Source of the DNA: Macrostomum lignano | Lineage: Eukaryota | Assembly (NCBI GenBank): GCA_002269645.1 | Contig: NIVC01000146.1 | Coordinates: 1 to 64,000, forward strand | Reading direction: 5' to 3' | DNA: 64,000 bases | Part shown: piece by piece, positions 61,080 to 64,000 of the stretch | Layout of the letters: the number at the start of each line of letters is the position of its first letter | Numbering within the stretch: the stretch's first letter is position 1 | Program-made: the position numbers and the translations under genes | The notes under the pieces: model-generated | Databases searched by the model: none | Told to the model about the DNA's origin: nothing | Seen by the model: the letters and a program-made list of their open reading frames with translations, nothing else

Positions 61080-64000
61080 TGTACGCTCTGGACAGTGCAA
61101 TATTCTTGTACATTCTAGACAGTGCCATATTCTTGTACATTCTGGACAGTGCCATATTCTTGTACATTCTAGACAGTGCCATATTCCTGTACATTCTAGA
61201 CAGTGCCATATTCTTGTACATTCTAGACAGTGCCATATTCTTGTACATTCTAGACAGTGCCATATTCTTGTACATTCTAGACAGTGCCATATTCTTGTAC
61301 ATTCTAGACAGTGCCATATTCTTGTACATTCTAGACAGTGCCATATTCTTGTACATTCTAGACAGTGCCATATTCTTGTACATTCTAGACAGTGCCATAT
61401 TCTTGTACATTCTAGACAGTGCCATATTCTTGTACATTCTAGACAGTGCCATATTCTTGTACATTCTAGACAGTGCCATATTCTTGTACATTCTAGACAG
61501 TGCCATATTCTTGTACACTCTAGACAGTGCCATATTCTTGTACACTCTAGACAGTGCCATATTCTTGTACATTCTAGACAGTGCCATATTCTTGTACATT
61601 CTAGACAGTGCCATATTCTTGTACATTCTAGACAGTGCCATATTCTTGTACATTCTAGACAGTGCCATATTCTTGTACATTCTAGACAGTGCCATATTCT
61701 TGTACATTCTAGACAGTGCCATATTCTTGTACATTCTAGACAGTGCCATATTCTTGTACATTCTAGACAGTGCCATATTCTTGTACATTCTAGACAGTGC
61801 GATATTCTTGTACATTCTAGACAGTGCGATATTCTTGTACATTCTAGACAGTGCCATATTCCTGTACATTCTAGACAGTGCCATATTCTTGTACATTCTA
61901 GACAGTGCCATATTCTTGTACATTCTAGACAGTGCCATATTCTTGTACATTCTAGACAGTGCCATATTCTTGTACATTCTAGACAGTGCCATATTCTTGT
62001 ACATTCTAGACAGTGCCATATTCCTGTACATTCTAGACAGTGCCATATTCTTGTACATTCTAGACAGTGCCATATTCTTGTACACTCTAGACAGTGCCAT
62101 ATTCTTGTACATTCTAGACAGTGCCATATTCTTGTACATTCTAGACAGTGCCATATTCTTGTACATTCTAGACAGTGCCATATTCTTGTACATTCTAGAC
62201 AGTGCCATATTCTTGTACATTCTAGACAGTGCCATATTCTTGTACATTCTAGACAGTGCCATATTCTTGTACACTCTAGACAGTGCCATATTCTTGTACA
62301 CTCTAGACAGTGCCATATTCTTGTACACTCTAGACAGTGCCATATTCTTGTACATTCTAGACAGTGCCATATTCTTGTACATTCTGGACAGTGCCATATT
62401 CTTGTACACTCTAGACAGTGCCATATTCTTGTACACTCTAGACAGTGCCATATTCTTGTACACTCTAGACAGTGCCATATTCTTGTACATTCTAGACAGT
62501 GCCATATTCCTGTACATTCTGGACAGTGCCATATTCTTGTACATTCTAGACAGTGCCATATTCTTGTAGATTCTGGACAGTGCCATATTCTTGTACATTC
62601 TAGACAGTGCCATATTCTTGTACACTCTAGACAGTGCCATATTCTTGTACATTCTAGACAGTGCCATATTCTTGTACATTCTAGACAGTGCCATATTCTT
62701 GTACATTCTGGACAGTGCCATATTCTTCTACATTCTAGACAGTGCCATATTCTTGTACATTCTAGACAGTGCCATATTCTTGTACATTCTAGACAGTGCA
62801 ATATTCTTGTACATTCTAGACAGTGCCATATTCTTGTACATTCTAGACAGTGCCATATTCTTGTACACTCTAGACAGTGCCATATTCTTGTACACTCTAG
62901 ACAGTGCCATATTCTTGTACATTCTAGACAGTGCCATATTCTTGTACATTCTGGACAGTGCCATATTCTTGTACACTCTAGACAGTGTCATATTCTTGTA
63001 CACTCTAGACAGTGCCATATTCTTGTACACTCTAGACAGTGCCATATTCTTGTACATTCTAGACAGTGCCATATTCCTGTACATTCTAGACAGTGCCATA
63101 TTCTTGTACATTCTAGACAGTGCCATATTCTTGTAGATTCTGGACAGTGCCATATTCTTGTACATTCTAGACAGTGCCATATTCTTGTACACTCTAGACA
63201 GTGCCATATTCTTGTACATTCTAGACAGTGCCATATTCTTGTACATTCTAGACAGTGCCATATTCTTGTAGATTCTGGACAGTGCCATATTCTTCTACAT
63301 TCTAGACAGTGCCATATTCTTGTACATTCTAGACAGTGCCATATTCTTGTACATTCTAGACAGTGCCATATTCTTGTATATTCTAGACAGCGCCATATTC
63401 TTGTACATTCTGGACAGTGCCATATTCTTGTACATTCTAGACAGTGCCATATTCTTGTACATTCTAGACAGTGCCATATTCTTGTACATTCTAGACAGTG
63501 CCATATTCTTGTACATTCTAGACAGTGCCATATCCTTGTACATTCTAGACAGTGCCATATTCTTGTACACTCTAGACAGTGCCATATTCTTGTACATTCT
63601 AGACAGTGCCATATTCTTGTACATTCTAGACAGTGCCATATTCTTGTACATTCTAGACAGTGCCATATTCTTGTACATTCTAGACAGTGCCATATTCTTG
63701 TACATTCTAGACAGTGCAATATTCTTGTACACTCTAGACAGTGCCATATTCTTGTACACTCTAGACAGTGCCATATTCTTGTACACTCTAGACAGTGCCA
63801 TATTCTTGTACACTCTAGACAGTGCCATATTCTTGTACATTCTAGACAGTGCCATATTCTTGTACATTCTAGACAGTGCCATATTCTTGTACATTCTAGA
63901 CAGTGCCATATTCTTGTACATTCTAGACAGTGCCATATTCTTGTACATTCTAGACAGTGCGATATTCTTGTACATTCTAGACAGTGCCATATTCTTGTAC
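61080..64000. repeat. 27-bp satellite (ctagacagtgccatattcttgtacatt), >100 copies, runs off the right edge
   Basis: Highly homogeneous units seen directly. Confidence 0.98.

Noticed and set aside
60754-63990. Long ORFs (655, 593, 496 aa and others) of MALSRMYKN / WHCLECTRI type
   Set aside because: Translations of a 27-bp satellite that is open in several frames on both strands; no unique coding content.

Overview
Eukaryotic (metazoan) genomic DNA with GC-rich exons, GT-AG introns and very dense minisatellite and transposon content. The style (TTAGGG repeats, 20-46 bp minisatellites in most long introns, 1-nt indels in exons) suggests a flatworm such as Macrostomum; that is inference only. 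Genes reconstructed by hand: the last two exons of a hemopexin-repeat protein (+, with indels), a DEG/ENaC channel (-, 3 exons, ~662 aa), three GT92/DUF23 glycosyltransferase paralogues whose ~1 kb cores are nearly identical but whose termini differ, a short secreted prohormone-like ORF, ERCC6L/PICH (-, 6 exons, ~1283 aa) and NTPCR (-, 3 exons, 214 aa). Mobile DNA: a truncated Ty3/Gypsy element in an ERCC6L intron, a Tc1 transposase remnant, a Crypton-like tyrosine recombinase remnant, two tRNA-type SINE families, several MITEs (Harbinger-, hAT/P- and TA-flanked types) and a Helitron-like family. Most long ORFs in the supplied track are artefacts of tandem repeats. Top leads: the homogenised GT92 triplet, a back-to-back Helitron-like palindrome containing telomeric and GATA repeats, a MITE carrying the 28S rRNA R2-target region, a possible NTPCR-ERCC6L trans-spliced operon, and a candidate neuropeptide precursor.
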